DNA from: Lophium mytilinum
Lineage: Eukaryota
Reading direction: 5' to 3'
DNA length: 64,000 nt
Assembly: GCA_010093605.1 (NCBI GenBank)
Contig: MU004181.1
Location: forward strand, 992,001 to 1,056,000
The notes beneath the pieces are model-generated. The model searched no databases, was not told the DNA's origin, and saw nothing but the letters and a program-made list of their open reading frames with translations. Of this stretch, positions 24,331 to 38,194 are shown one piece after another. The position numbers and the translations under genes were made by a program. How positions within the stretch are numbered: the first letter of the stretch is position 1; each line of letters begins with the position of its first letter.

Positions 24331-25233
24331 CAGAGGTTTGGTATGGAAAGGAGATTTCTAGGTTGACAGAGGCCAGCGGTCGAAAATGGTGCACAGAAGA
24401 CAGCGTTCCTTCGCGATGTCTGGCTTGGAGGCGGGCGGGCCACGACGCGTGGGCTGTGGTATTTTGGCGCGTTCGGCCGGGGTGCTAGAGTCTGTGCTGC
24501 GATGCGCTGGACGGCGGAGCGCGGGCGGAATCGCGTGGTGGATGAAAGCAGCGCTCAGCACTCGGGGCGACGATAAAGCGGAGAGCATGCGTGGTCACAT
24601 GGAGACTCATTAGGGCATCGGGGCAATAAAAGAAAGGAGGCGGCCCAATCGCGTGGTGAGACTTTTCGACGGCTCCAAGGTCACCTCCTAAGCTCCCCGC
24701 CCGTTCATCAATCCATCAGGGCAACGAGATCGTGCTCGCAACTGTCACGGACAGGCTGATTGCGCAATCTCGGGCGCGAAAAAGCATCTCTGTCGGGACG
24801 TGACGTGACGGAGGTGCATGGCTATCACCGGCGGACAGGGCCATCGCGAAATGCCTTTACTTGATGCAGCAGGGCAGCAAGCATCGCGCCAATCGACCAC
24901 TCCGATGCCGCTGCCTTTGATCGAATCTGCACTACAAGTAACACAAGCCCCGCGACGCAGGCAAACCACCACCCATGGAACGGAACGCCGATGCTCCAAG
25001 ATGTCGTGAAGGACAGCAACGCCACCATGCAGCCAGCCGCCGTTGTAACGCGCCGTTATTCATCTCGCTACTGTGCCAGGGTCTTCCCGGCCACTATATC
25101 GAGATCGATATGCACCACCACGCTGTATAGTGAAGGGAGCAGAGACCCAGATCAAGTGAATGCTGAACAGATGGTATGACCACCTCTTGGTATAATCTAG
25201 AAATACTCCCACAGCCTCAACAGTCCTGCACAC

Positions 25234-28200
25234 CTACTTCTTCCTCTTACCTCCTCCTCCTCCGTCCCCCTGAGTCTTGCGCTTTTTCCCTTCCCGCCGC
25301 CAGTACTCCTCCTTTTCGCGCTTCTCGCGCTCCGCCCGCTTTTGGTCGTTCTCGGCCACCTTCTGCCGGTACGGTTCTCTCCTCTTCTCCTGCGCTGCCC
25401 TCCGCTTCTCCACCTTCTCGCTGCGGAGCGCTATGACTTGGTGCATAAGCGTCCGCGCTTTCTTCTCGTCAATCGTGGCCACCACCGCACGCTTCTGCAT
25501 GTATGTGTCCTTCTTCTGCGGCTTCATCTGCGTGGGCTGCGACTTGAATGGCAGCTCTACCGCGAGCTTCTTAGGGATCCTCAGGGGGTTGAAATGCCGG
25601 GCCTCTCGTTCGACGGGTCGATATGCCGAGTTCTTCTGCAGCGGCGTTGGTATCCCTTCTGCTGCTCGCACTTGTCCGGTGAGACGCATGCCTTTCCACC
25701 CGGTGCTTTCGCCCTCGTCTTGCGCGCTTGGAGCTTCCAGCAGGTTCATGACCGGGTTGTAGAATCGGTGTGGCTTGACAGGATACCAGGCCCGCAAGAA
25801 AACAATATCACTCATCAAAACCTTGTCCTCGAATGTAGCACGGAAGTTGCCTTCTGGTTTGCTCAACGCTCTCTTGATCTGACCCCGTATGCCCGAGACT
25901 GTGCGGATGCTGGCGCCTTCGAACTTGGCGATTTCTAGAGCTGTTTGAAACATATCCTTGATGAAGGCTGTGTTTTTGAAGATCTTGTAGGGGTGTCCGG
26001 TCAGCTTGAGCTTCTTGACGATTTCCGTGCTTTCGTCAACGTTCAGAACAACGCCAGTGGCCGCAATTCGAAATCCGGGATTCTTGTTCGAAAGAGACTG
26101 CACACAGCAGAAGCCAGTATTTGGTGCAATCAGAGGTCCGTAGAATGTACCAAAGCAATGCATGTGCTCTGGTGTGTACTTGAGCATACGATTACGCGTC
26201 CGTGAATCCGAAATGCTGTAAAGTGGCATGGTCTGAAACCTTCTCCACCCAAGAGAGAAAATAAGGGGGTCGTTGGTTTTGAGGATCTTCTTGTGCCACC
26301 TATGCCGCTTGATGCGAACTTGAACAAAGCCAAATCGCTCCTCGGTCGGCGTGAGACCTCCCACAATAATGGGGAAGCGAGGGTTGAAGTTGGCAGAAAA
26401 CTCGTACGGCACTTGCTCGAGCACAATTCGAGCGTATGTCCCCGCCTTGTGCCCCTCAACGCGTATCCGTGATGTCTCGTCCAGTTGGTCAAACTCGGCC
26501 CGGTTGATACCCAGTTGCTTTTGAATCTGAGCCTTCTGAGCATCGTACCAGTCATCTTCGCCGAATTCTTGTTCCTCCTTGCCCTGTTCCCGCCGGGCGT
26601 TCGCTTTGTCGTTGGTGAAACCCTCTCGATCTTCCTCTTCGAATCTGAGCTTTAATTCCTCCTTTCTTCGCGCATTCTTTTCACGCTCCTCTTCGATCTT
26701 CTTAGCCTCGTCGTTCCCGCTCGCAGCGGTCTTATTTGTTCCGAAAGACTCCCCAGTCTCCAGATCCTCGAACTCTCCGTCGCCTTCATCATCTTCATTG
26801 AACCCCTCAAAATCGCCGCCTTCTTCGTCATTTTCCTTTTCTCCCAACAGGTTTGAAGAAGCGAATCGTCTTCGAATTGCCTCGATGTTGTCTTCGTCGG
26901 TCCATTTCTGCTCCAGCTCTTCGTAGTTATACACGGGTATTGCGCGGTCCTCTAAATCAGCTGATTTACCCTCGCCCGGGGCTTTCTTGAAGAAATCGTC
27001 ATCCTCATCGCCACCTTCTTCCTCGTGAACTTCATCATCGGCGTCCCCTTTCCACCTTTTTAGCACTTCCGCTGGAGACAATGATTCATTGTAGAACATG
27101 CGAACAAGTTCTGTAGTCCGGTAAGGGGTCCGGTGACCGTGAAAGCTCTTCGCGTTACCAGCCAGATTTTGTTTCCATCGTAGAGCCCCATCATCGTCTT
27201 CTTCGCCTGAGATATCTGAATCATCTTCGTCTAGCTCTTGGTCCTCCACAGATGATACTGAACCCAAATCAGAATCGCTGTCGGCAAAGGCTACTTCATC
27301 GTCGTCGGCCCCGTTGGCACGTTTCTGGTCTGTTTGCTTCTTGAATGCCCGTCCCAGGCGATCGTCAGAGACTCCCTCGGTGTCCAGATAACCAGTGTCG
27401 TCCTCGTCACCGCTACCAACATCCGCATCAATCTCGTCATCGCTGCCGCTTTCGAAGCCTTCGTCCTCATCCACATCATCATGGCCATCTCTTTCGACAA
27501 TTCGTGCATGCCGTCGTGATTTCCGACCAGTGTTTCCGTCATCTGCATCTGCATCTTTGTCAAAGACCTGTCCTCCACTGAAGAGTCTCATTCCCGCGTC
27601 CGCTTCTCCCAATAGTCTTCTTCCGCCTTGCAGCCCAACCACTAGTTGTTCGCCCAAGCCTCGTTCTTCGTCTGAGTCGTCGTCGTGGTTAAAATTCGAT
27701 GTTTTGACATCGATGTAAACGGCGTCCTTGTCTACGAGTACACCACCCACATCGGACATAGGAGCGAACAGAATCTTCTGCTTCTCGCCCAGGCGCCGCC
27801 GCGTTGTCTTTCCTGTAGCTTTTGCGAAAGCCTGGTCCTGGTAGGGAGTCGGACAAGGGTCTGGTAATGCTTCGGTCGAAGAAACATTCAGATCGCCTAC
27901 ACCAGGGACATGGACCCGGGCCCCTTGAGCGGGAAAATTCGTTCCTCGGAGATATCCATATAGCGCGATAGTCCTGTCGCACTTGGGGTCCTCTTCTATC
28001 GCCGTCGGCGGAGTGATATCCAGAAATCTGTCTGCTAAGCAGTACGGATGAGCATTACGCCACACCAGAGGGCGTGGATTCTTCATGACTGAAAGAAATC
28101 TTGAAAGATTGAGGACTTCCCTGTCTGGATAGCGTCCATTAACTACTCCAGACAGGTAGAAAAGTTTTGCGCCCTGGTATAACTCGCTCCAGAACCGGTG

Positions 28201-28812
28201 TTTTAGCCGTTTCTTCTGCATCTTCAATGTGTCTTGTTTCTTGAAGAAGTCCAGATGCGTCAGAATTCCAAACACATTTCCAGGCATGCCGCTGGCCGAC
28301 AGCACGTTCAAGAACTCCATTGTCTCCATCTCGAATCCATAGTTTCCATCAATCATAAGTAGCACAATATCCACAATCTTCGCAATGTCGATCATGCTGG
28401 CAAGAGAGTCAGCGGGGCATTCTATAAATGTCAACCGTCGTCGTTTCGATGTCACAACAGTGAGAGGGCCGGTGGGCGCGGAAAGGGTCTGTTTGGTGTA
28501 TCGGCGGATTAACGATTTGATCAGGGTCGTCTTCCCAACTCCCGGCGGTCCCACTACCGCTACTATTATAGGCGGCGCCTCCTCTGGCAGCCTATCCACC
28601 AGAGGGACATGGAGTCGCTTTTCCTTGACGTCGTGGGAGCGGGCAGCCTGCTTCTGCAGTCTACCAGGGCCGGAGTATGCGAAAGCTTTTGGGTTTGGGC
28701 CTGTAGGCGGTCAGTTGGAATTTATAGAAGGCAATGGGGTGGGCTGCTTGCCTCCAGAGTGCGGCTTCTTCTCCTTTGTCTTGCGATGCGCCCTGTTGGC
28801 CTGGTCGTCCAT
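25234..28812 (-). CDS. BMS1: Ribosome biogenesis GTPase Bms1
   Basis: MDDQANRAHRKTKEKK exon, GC-AG intron 28751..28701, P-loop GPPGVGKTT, acidic linker, and C-terminal RIKRHRWHKKILKTNDPL...SGIRGQIKRA. Confidence 0.97.
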
Positions 28813-29296
28813 GTTGGTGTTGTGCTTCGACCTTCGCGAGCTCGCCGAAATTTTAGGACATGGCCGGGAAAATTGACGGGCCGCTAAATCAGATGTAGTC
28901 TAGCGTTGATCTAATCTAAGGTTATCGTACCCCGCTTTTTGATCTGCGAGGCTGGAGGCGTCGAAAGGGTCCATCTTTCGATGTCTTGTGCATGGTGAAA
29001 GTCTACACGGCAATAATCCCATCCGTAGCTCTGAATCAGGTGTTGCACTGATGCTACTCACCTACTATGCCGGGATGTCGCGCTTAATAGCGGGCTGCAC
29101 GTTATCGGCTGACGCCGCCTGGCACGTCATCGAGCGGGAGTAAGGGCCTTGGTTGGAGGGGCTGAGGGGCAGTAGGGAGCGTTCCGAATACAAAAGCCTG
29201 GTCCTCTTCCTTTCAATCCTGAAGCCATACCACACGAAACACCAGCAAACCAAAGATCCTACTCATAAACCCCTTCCCAACTACTCAACATCCAAA

Positions 29297-29659
29297 ATGC
29301 CTTCTGTCAACGTGAGTGCTAGGCCGTATCTCGAAGACTGCTCGAGTCGCTAAATGCTCCCCAGGTTACCCTGAAGTCGGGCGCGAACGCATCTGAGCTC
29401 GAGAAGTAAGTCGTAGCACTCTGTGTGTAGCTCATAGACTAACACTTTACAGTGCTAAAAAGACTGTCACCGACAAGGGCGGCAAGATCACCAACGAGTT
29501 CAAGCTGATCAAGGGATTCACGTAAGCTCCACATTCACAGACTCGTAGAGCCTATAACTAACCTTTCGTAGTGCCGAGTTCCCAGCGGATAGTGTCAGCG
29601 CCCTGGAATCGAACGACCACATCACCGTCGAGGCCGACTCGGAAGTCAAGACCCAGTAG
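29297..29659 (+). CDS. Small peptidase inhibitor I9-like (protease B inhibitor-like) protein, about 70 aa, 4 exons
   Basis: Spliced product MPSVN|VTLKSGANASELEN|AKKTVTDKGGKITNEFKLIKGFT|AEFPADSVSALESNDHITVEADSEVKTQ, with three GT-AG introns. Confidence 0.85.
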
Positions 29660-30220
29660 AGAAAGATACCCAGCTGTCCGCCAAGCACACCTGAACTCCG
29701 CCTTCGATTCTATATATCATACTAGACACGATGGTGTGCAAATCAATGGAGTGTATGCAATGCTTCTAGAAGCTGTTACGGTGCCTTTAGGACTTGTAAT
29801 AAACCTTTGCCTTGAACCACTCGGTAGAATACCAGATACCCTCAGGTTGACCCTACATGTACTGAGAAAGTGTGTCATGAGAACAAAAGTGCTTAACCAT
29901 AGGTCTATGCGCACTTGCTTGCCGATGTCATGGCTGCCTCAACGCACTTTATAATGATGGTGAATGAGACGAAGTTCATCAACTTAAATAATCGGTAAAC
30001 TCAATAGGTGACTTCAGACTTTAGTCAATAGGGCTATATAGGTCCAAGAGATACAACATTCTAAACTACACTTCTTTGCTTTTTGCCAATGATCAGACGA
30101 CTTGATGGATCTGCATGTGCAAAAGGAAGCATGTCTCACGTGACCGTTGTGATCACACCGCAAAGCCGAAGCCACAACGCTTGTAGCAAGCTTTCTCTTT
30201 ACAACGATGTGAAAGCGACA

Positions 30221-31709
30221 ATGCCAATCGTGCAACGACCTCTGGTCATTCAGTCACATCTAATAAGACAATATTGCCCCCTCCAGACTCGTACAAGGAA
30301 GGCTGGCATCTCCCGCCGGCAATTGCATCAACATCATGGTCTCCGCACCAAAACAGTCACGGATGAGGATATCAAGCGTCTGGCTTCTAAACCGCTACAC
30401 CCATTGACTCTTGCAGACCTAGTCAAGTACGGAATATGCTTTTACGGACTCTCGAAATTAAAGGAACTGACCGAAGTACAGGCATGGACGCCCACCCCTC
30501 TCCGCACAGGCGCTGTTCAGCTCTGCAAACTTCACCCTCTCAACCCTCCCCACGCGCCTCGCCCACCGCATCCAATCCCTCCGAAACCTCCCGTTCATAG
30601 TCGTTTCGAACCCACAGATCAATAAAATCCATAACAATTACATCCATTCGCTTTCGACACTGCTACCATGGGCTGAACAGGAAGTTACCACTCTAGAGGA
30701 CGAGATCAAGTTCACGGAAGTGATGGCGGATCTCGTCCAGACCCATGCAAATACGATATCTATACTGGCTCGAGGATTCTTAGAGGCTAGGAAATACATC
30801 AGCCCGCGAGAAGTGACGCGGTTCCTGGACGAACACCTACGGGCTCGAATCGGCACGAGGCTGATTGCAGAGCAGCATATAGCGCTGCACTTCTCCTCGC
30901 AACCACATCGCGAGCTTTCGCCCCACGATGACTCCTTGAATCCTGGCGCTAGCTGGATTGGCGTCATCGACACCAAGCTCCGCCCGGCGAGCATCGTTCG
31001 CCATTGCGAGGCTACCGTCTCTGAGATATGTGAGCTCAAGTACGGTGTCCGTCCACATTTAACAATTAATGGTGAGCCCGAGTATGCGTTCGCACATGTG
31101 CCAGTACATCTCGAGTACATCATCACGGAACTCCTCAAGAATGCCTTCCGCGCTACAGTGGAGCGTGGTATGGAGCGCGAGCCCATTGAGGTTACCATCG
31201 CACCCTTGCCGGAAGACTCCGTCTGCGAAGAGAAAGAAAACACCCAGCAAGCGCATGTTACAAACGCCGGTCAAGGCAATGTTGACGTTGCGTCCAAATA
31301 CTTCACAGGCCAGGATGTGGCGGATACTGCGTCTGCGACCTTATCTGAGACGATTCGCCCGCTGGCGCACTCGACGCCTGGAGTTACAATCAGGATTCGC
31401 GACAGAGGAGGCGGCATCTCGCCTGAAAACTACGAGCATATTTGGGATTACAGCTTCACTACGTTCAACGAGGACCAAATCTCGAATTCGATCTCCGGTG
31501 GGAGCCGATCTAGCAGTGGGATGGACGCCCTCAACGCTATTTCGGGGGCCGGTGGAGACGGGGTAAATAGCCTTGCCGGGCTGGGCTATGGCTTACCGCT
31601 CGGTAGAGCGTATGCAGAATACTTCGGCGGGGGTATTGCAGTACAGAGTATGTGGGGATGGGGCACAGATGTTTATCTGAGTCTGAGAGGTGTGGGCATG
31701 CTTGAGTGA
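30221..31709 (+). CDS. Mitochondrial pyruvate dehydrogenase / branched-chain alpha-ketoacid dehydrogenase kinase
   Basis: PLTLADLVK|HGRPP, ARIGTRLIAEQH, ELLKNAFRAT (N box), IRDRGGGI (G1) and AGLGYGLPLGRAYAEYFGG (G2). Confidence 0.93.
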
Positions 31710-32905
31710 GGGAGGCGAAGGAAGTATGGGTCAATCCCGAAGGCGGAAGGCCTTGATTCGTTACGAGGCTGATTCGACAATCAAACAATCGAACTTTCAT
31801 ATACACGACGGTTTCTCGCGTTCCCCTTCCTTATGCACACCAAAGAATTTGGTACCAGTGGCGAGCGCCGTAGTTTGGCGGGCAAAATCCGTCGTTTTAT
31901 TTTCAATATCTAACCCAACAGGACCAGAAAATGGTTTCGTTAATGCGCTGGCTTTAAAGGAGAAGGAGTGAAAAGAAACATTCATGACGAGCTTCCAGGA
32001 TGTCACCGACACTCTGACATGGATCGAAAAAGGCCCCCATTCGACTCACCACGTCAAAACAGGTTAGCATAATCCTCCACCCGGTGATTCCTTCGACTTC
32101 CGATCTCACTTTTCTATTCTTAGACTATTCTCCAGGCTGCCTACCTAACCTCTTTGCGGATGCTTCCCGCTCTGGCAGTTTTCGAAGCGTTTAAGATCGC
32201 GTGGAACCGGCTTTCCGACCCCATGTCATCCGACACCGCCACACCATGTACCCGGCCATAGCCCTAGATACAGGCACAATCCAAGGAGAGCGAGTGGGTT
32301 TCTTGAAATCCACGACCAACGACGTCCAAACACGCACCGTGGTCTTGCATGTGCCATGCCTCCAGCGTCCAGCCAATAGCCGAACAGATCTCCTGTTCCA
32401 ACTCCTGATTTTTCAGCATCGTCCCCACTTTTTCTTTACATCTAATCTAGAATCTCCTGAATCCGGTATTCAGGCCCATGGTAGCAGTGACGGAACAATG
32501 CGTTTTCACATTCTGCCCTGAAAGATCCGAAGACAGGAACTCCTCACGCCAATAGATTGCTTAAGCTCCCGTAAGACCCATGTGCTATTGAGGCTTAGCT
32601 CTCATTGTTGTTTCAGCGTAAGCCCCAAGCGCGTACCACCGCAGCATAGGGCTGTGCCTCAATTATCACGGGTGGCTGTCCATGGATGGGCCCACCATAG
32701 TGTTCCTCGATGCCGTCTCCAATATTAGGGGAAGCGATTGTTGTCAACCGGGGAGCTGAATCATAACCCAGAGTAGGCAGATTGTATAAAGACCTGATGT
32801 CGCTACCACCTCTAGTGCACACGCCTGCACGCTATCTTTTGCTCTCTCTAGTTCTTCCTTCATATCCCTCCTATCCTTCTATCCTTCCCTCCCGTCTCCG
32901 GCGTC

Positions 32906-34088
32906 ATGCGCACTTCCTCGCTCTTATTTTCCGTCCTTGCGTCCCTTACGTTTGTGGCAGCATCACCACTCATCGTGCGTCAAAGAGCATCTTTTCCGAA
33001 CCCGGAACCTTGCACAGGGAACTGCACCGGCGGTATACATGATCCAAGTGTGATCAAGCGCCCTGATGGAAAATGGTATCGACTCTCAACCGGCGGAGAC
33101 ATCGCTATTGCTTCTGCCCCAAGTCTGACCGGTCCTTGGGAGTATTTGGGAGCTATGCTGCCGGGCGGACCCAAGATCCATGTATCTGACAAGCAAGACA
33201 CTTGGGTTTGTGTTCCACCGAATTATGACTGGCTGAATAAGCCATTTGCAATTATCTCACAGCCTTGCTGACCATCTCAGGCCCCCGACGTCAGCTTCAT
33301 TGATGGCACATATTATGCGTTCTATGCGGTCAGCTACATTGGCTTCCAGAATTCGCAAATTGGAGTTGCGACCAGTGAAACACTAGAACCAGGTTCATGG
33401 ACGGACCACGGAAGTCTCGGGATACCACTATCAAAAGATTACAATCTCATTGACCCGAATCTTTTCCAAGAGTCTTCTACTGCACCAATTTACTTCAGCT
33501 TCGGGTCCGCGTGGGATGGAGTCTTTCAGACTACTCTGGATAGCTCGACTCTGGCACTCGATTCGGCGACCTCTTCCGTCAATCTTGCATCAAACTCCAC
33601 CGTGCCGCCAGGGCAGACTTGGCCTGGCGTTACTGAGGGCTCGTACCAGTTCTGGTGGCCTGTCGGAGGCCGGAAATACTACTATCTGTTCTTCTCATCA
33701 GGGGCTTGCTGCAATGTCCCGCCTAACCTTGCCCAGCCCGGTGATGAGTACAAGGTTATGGTGTGCCGGTCCACTAGCCAGAGCGGTCCTTTTTTGGACA
33801 AGGCTGGTCGTAATTGCGCGACTGAGAATGGCGGCACACTGGTTTTGTCCAGCCATGGCGATGTCTATGCCCCAGGTGGGCAAGGGGTGTTGTATGACTC
33901 CACTCTCAAAAAGCCAGTAATCTATTACCATTATGGTGAGTTGCCGTTTCCAAATATCGGTCTTTGGTGAGATCACAAATGCTGATTACATGGCAGTGAA
34001 ACCAAGTATTGGGTACGACTCAAGCCAGTTCCAGTTTGGGTATAATTACCTAGATTTCTCGTCCGGTTGGCCGGTCTTAACTACATAA
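32906..34088 (+). CDS. Secreted GH43 endo-1,5-alpha-L-arabinanase
   Basis: Signal peptide, FPNPEPCTGNC...IHDPSVI, W|APDV, YNLIDPN, EGSYQF and YAPGGQG. Two introns. Confidence 0.92.
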
Positions 34089-34257
34089 GAGAGAGGAGCA
34101 TGGCGTAGATTTCACCTCGCAGATTGCTATTTAGCATCGGAGTTATTGGGTTACGGAAAGGCAAACGATGTCAAGACATAATGAACACTATTTAGAGATT
34201 CCCATAGACTGTAAAGTAGAGTAATAATCTGAGCTTTGTACTTGTATTTACAGTGCA

Positions 34258-34344
34258 ACGCGGCTGGGCGACAGTGAATTTATAAGTGCGCACGCCCCAC
34301 CCTACCCAATTAACGCGACGACATCCCTGCCAGTTTTCACGCGT
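34258..34344. promoter_or_regulatory. Cluster of MCB-like elements upstream of POL3
   Basis: ACGCGT at 34339-34344, ACGCGA at 34313-34318 and ACGCGG at 34258-34263, all within about 210 bp of the ATG. MCBs are the established G1/S elements of fungal replication genes. Confidence 0.55.
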
Positions 34345-34470
34345 TATGGCGTTCTCCAACCGTGACTTCAGAGCACCCTCCCTCCGACAACATCACACGC
34401 CGCACCAGCATCAACTCACCCATCTTCTCGTAACGCATGGACATTCTATCGTACTTCACATAGAAGCAAT

Positions 34471-37400
34471 ATGCCTTCCACTACCACCCCAATGAAACGA
34501 GTCCTCACGGAGGGAGGCAAGACGAGGGGCAATATACTCGCCTCACCACGCTCCGCCAAAAAGATGAAGCTCAACGGGTCGTTCAAGGAAAGCAACGGCG
34601 CTTCTCTCAGAGCCCCGAACGGGCGCCCGGGTCTCGCGTCCAGCCAGCCGAAGAGTCAGTTCGAGGAGCAGCTTGAGAAGCTGACCCAAGAAATCAGCGG
34701 TCTCAAGGAGAACAACTCTGAGCGGGACCAACAATGGGAGCGACCTAGCTTGGGCGACTTCGACGGGAAGAAAGACAGTCTCTGCTTCCAGCAGATTGAG
34801 GCCGAAGAGGGTACCCTCAATGGGGGCAAGACCACCGTGAAGCTGTTTGGTGTCACTGAGGTGAGTGGCCTATTCCATCGAGAGTATATTAGGCGCTAAT
34901 TAGCATTGCGAACAGACAGGGCACTCAGTTCTCTTGCACGTTACCGACTTCCGCCACTACATGTACGTTGCTGCTCCAGTAGGGTTTGAACACGCCGATT
35001 GCCAGCCCTTGAAGGCATACCTCGAGACCCGGCTAGAGATACATGCGCCGGCAGTACACTCGGTCCAGCTCGTGGCAAGAGAGAACATATACGGGTATCA
35101 AGGAAACAAGCAAAGCCCTTACATCAAAATCACTGCCACCGACCCAAAATACCTCAACGGAAAGTACGGCATTCGCAATGCTTTTGAAACCGGCAATGCG
35201 AACTACAAAGGCCTGTGGAAAGGACACACGGATGGGATTTTGACATTTGACGAGATTCAATACGTTTTGCGGTTCATGATCGATTGCCATGTATGACTTC
35301 CTCCATACTTATCCCGATCAACGCTAATGACCTTAGATTGCTGGTATGTCGTGGGTCGAGGTTCCTGCGAGCAAATTCCACATGATTCCGGAAAGAGAAC
35401 GTCACTCGAACTGCCAGATCGAAGCATCTGTACACTATAAGGACCTTATAGCACATCCTATTGACGGGGAATGGGCAAAGATGGCTCCACTTCGGATCCT
35501 TTCCTTCGATATCGAATGTGCAGGCCGCAAAGGAATCTTTCCCGAGGCCGAGCACGACCAGGTCATTCAAATTGCAAATGTCGTTACCAAGTACGGATCA
35601 GATAAACCCTTCGTTCGCAACGTCTTCTCCTTAGACACTTGCAGCCAAATTGTAGCCACGCAAATATTCGAGTTCGCAAATGAGGCTCAGATGCTCTTGA
35701 AATGGAGAGACTTCTTGGAAGAGGTTGATCCTGATGTCATCATCGGGTACAACATCTCCAATTTCGACTTTCCGTATCTCCTAGACCGAGCTAAGCACTT
35801 GAAAGTAGCGAAATTCCCGTATTGGTCAAGACTCAAGAATGTTCAGTCTGTCTCTAAAGGAACGAACTTCTCCAGCAAGCAAATGGGGAACAGAGAAACG
35901 AAGGCGACCAACACAAACGGAAGACTCCAACTTGATCTCTTGCAGCTAGTCCAGAGGGATCATCAGTTGCGGAGTTACACTCTCAACTCCGTTTGCGCAC
36001 ATTTCTTGAAAGAACAGAAAGAAGACGTTCATCATACCATGATCACAGAACTATTCAATGGAGATGCCAATTCTCGTCGAAGATTAGCCGTGTACTGTCT
36101 CAAGGACGCATATCTCCCCCAGAGATTGCTGGACAAGCTTATGTGCCTAGTCAACTACACAGAAATGGCCAGAGTCACGGGAGTTCCGTTCAATTTCCTT
36201 CTGGCTCGAGGTCAGCAAATCAAATTCCTCAGTCAGTTATTCCGGAAGGCTTTAGAGCAGAATCTTGTCATCCCCAACCTCCGGAACGAATCATCGGACG
36301 ATCAGTATGAAGGAGCGACTGTCATCGAACCCACTCGTGGATACTATGACGTGCCCATTGCAACTCTCGACTTTGCTTCACTTTACCCCAGCATCATTCA
36401 GGCTCACAATCTGTGCTACACAACCCTTCTCGACAAGAACAAGGTGGAAGCACACAAATTGGTCAAAGACAAGGACTATATCCTCACTCCAAACGGTGAT
36501 ATGTTCTGCACTTCCGATGTACGCAAAGGTCTTTTGAGTCAGATTCTTGAAGAGCTACTCGGCGCACGAAAGCGAGCCAAGAGAGAGTTGGCTGTTGAAA
36601 CGGACCCATTCAAGAAAGCTGTGCTCAATGGTCGTCAACTAGCTCTGAAGATCAGCGCTAACAGTGTCTACGGTCTTACTGGTGCCACGAACGGAAAGCT
36701 TCCATGCCTGGCCATTGCTAGTAGTACCACCAGCTATGGTCGACAAATGATTGAGAAGACCAAAGACGAGGTTGAAAAGAGGTACACCATAGCTAACGGA
36801 TATACGCATGATGCCCAAGTCATCTACGGCGACACGGACTCCGTGATGGTCAAATTTGGCACGAGGGATCTAGCGGAGTCAATGAAGCTTGGCCAAGAAG
36901 CTGCAAATTACGTTTCTGATAGTTTTATCAAGCCGATCAAACTCGAGTTCGAAAAAGTGTACTTTCCTTATCTTCTGATCAACAAGAAGCGATACGCTGG
37001 TCTATACTGGACGAATCCCAACAACTGGGACAAGATGGACACCAAGGGTATCGAGACGGTCCGACGAGACAACTGCAGGCTGGTCCAAACGGTTATTGAG
37101 ACGTCTCTACGCATGATGCTTATTGAGCAAGACGTCCAGGGTGCCCAAGAGTAGGATCCCTCAAATCTAGATTCTTCAAAATGCTAACATGATTGCAGTT
37201 TTGTCAAAGAAACCATCTCCGACCTTTTACAGAATAAGGTTGATTTGTCGAACCTCGTCATTACCAAGGCCTTGTCAAAAGACAAATACGAAAACGTCCA
37301 AGCTCATGTCGAATTGGCAAAAAGGATGAAGAAGCGCGATGCTGGATCTGCACCTGCTCTAGGCGATCGTGTTGCTTATGTCATTGTCAAGGGTGCAGCT

Positions 37401-37937
37401 GGTTCGAAGAATTATGAAAAGTCAGAGGACCCGATCTATGTCCTAGAGAACAACATTCCGATCGACACTAGATACTATCTCGACAACCAACTGGCAAAGC
37501 CACTGGGTCGTATCTTCGAACCAATTCTGGGTGAGAAGAAAGCCGGCCAGCTTCTCACGGGTGACCACACCCGCAGCATAATCGTTGCCGCCCCGACCAA
37601 CAGCGGGCTCATGAGGTTCGCCAAGAAGACGCAGACATGCATGGGTTGCAGAAAGCCCCTCACTAGCCCCATGGAGAAGGAGGGCGCTGTTTGTGAGAAC
37701 TGCAGACCACGCTTCGGTGAGCTTTATCAAAAGACCCTCTCGAAGGTCTCGGAACTCGAGGTCAGGTTTGCCAGGCTGTGGACTCAGTGTCAGAGGTGCC
37801 AGGGGAGCATTCACTGCGAGGTGATTTGCAGTAGTAAGGATTGCCCGATTTTCTACATGCGGATGAAGGCGAAGAAGGATGTCGAAGATGCGGGGAAGGA
37901 GCTCGTGCGATTCGACAAAGATGCTACGATATGGTAA
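34471..37937 (+). CDS. POL3: DNA polymerase delta catalytic subunit
   Basis: Exonuclease motif SFDIEC, polymerase motifs [17 protein letters not shown] and YGDTDS, and C-terminal CysA/CysB clusters. Three introns. Confidence 0.98.
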
Positions 37938-38194
37938 ACGGGTCGGTAATGCCGCGTCTGCTCAAGCCGGCCATCGGTGCATCATTGGCGTTCATGTGGC
38001 AGTTTCTCCTTTCATTCAATAAGTTCAGCTAGCGTTCGTGTTCTACAGTACCGTTTCTCTTTATTATTATCCCATGTGCTCAGTTCTAATCTTAGGGTTG
38101 CTACAGGTATGTATGTCATCCATGCGGATGCAATGAGAACTTTCAAGGCGTATGTAGGAACGAATAGGACGAATGCGGCTTCTATATTCGCGAT

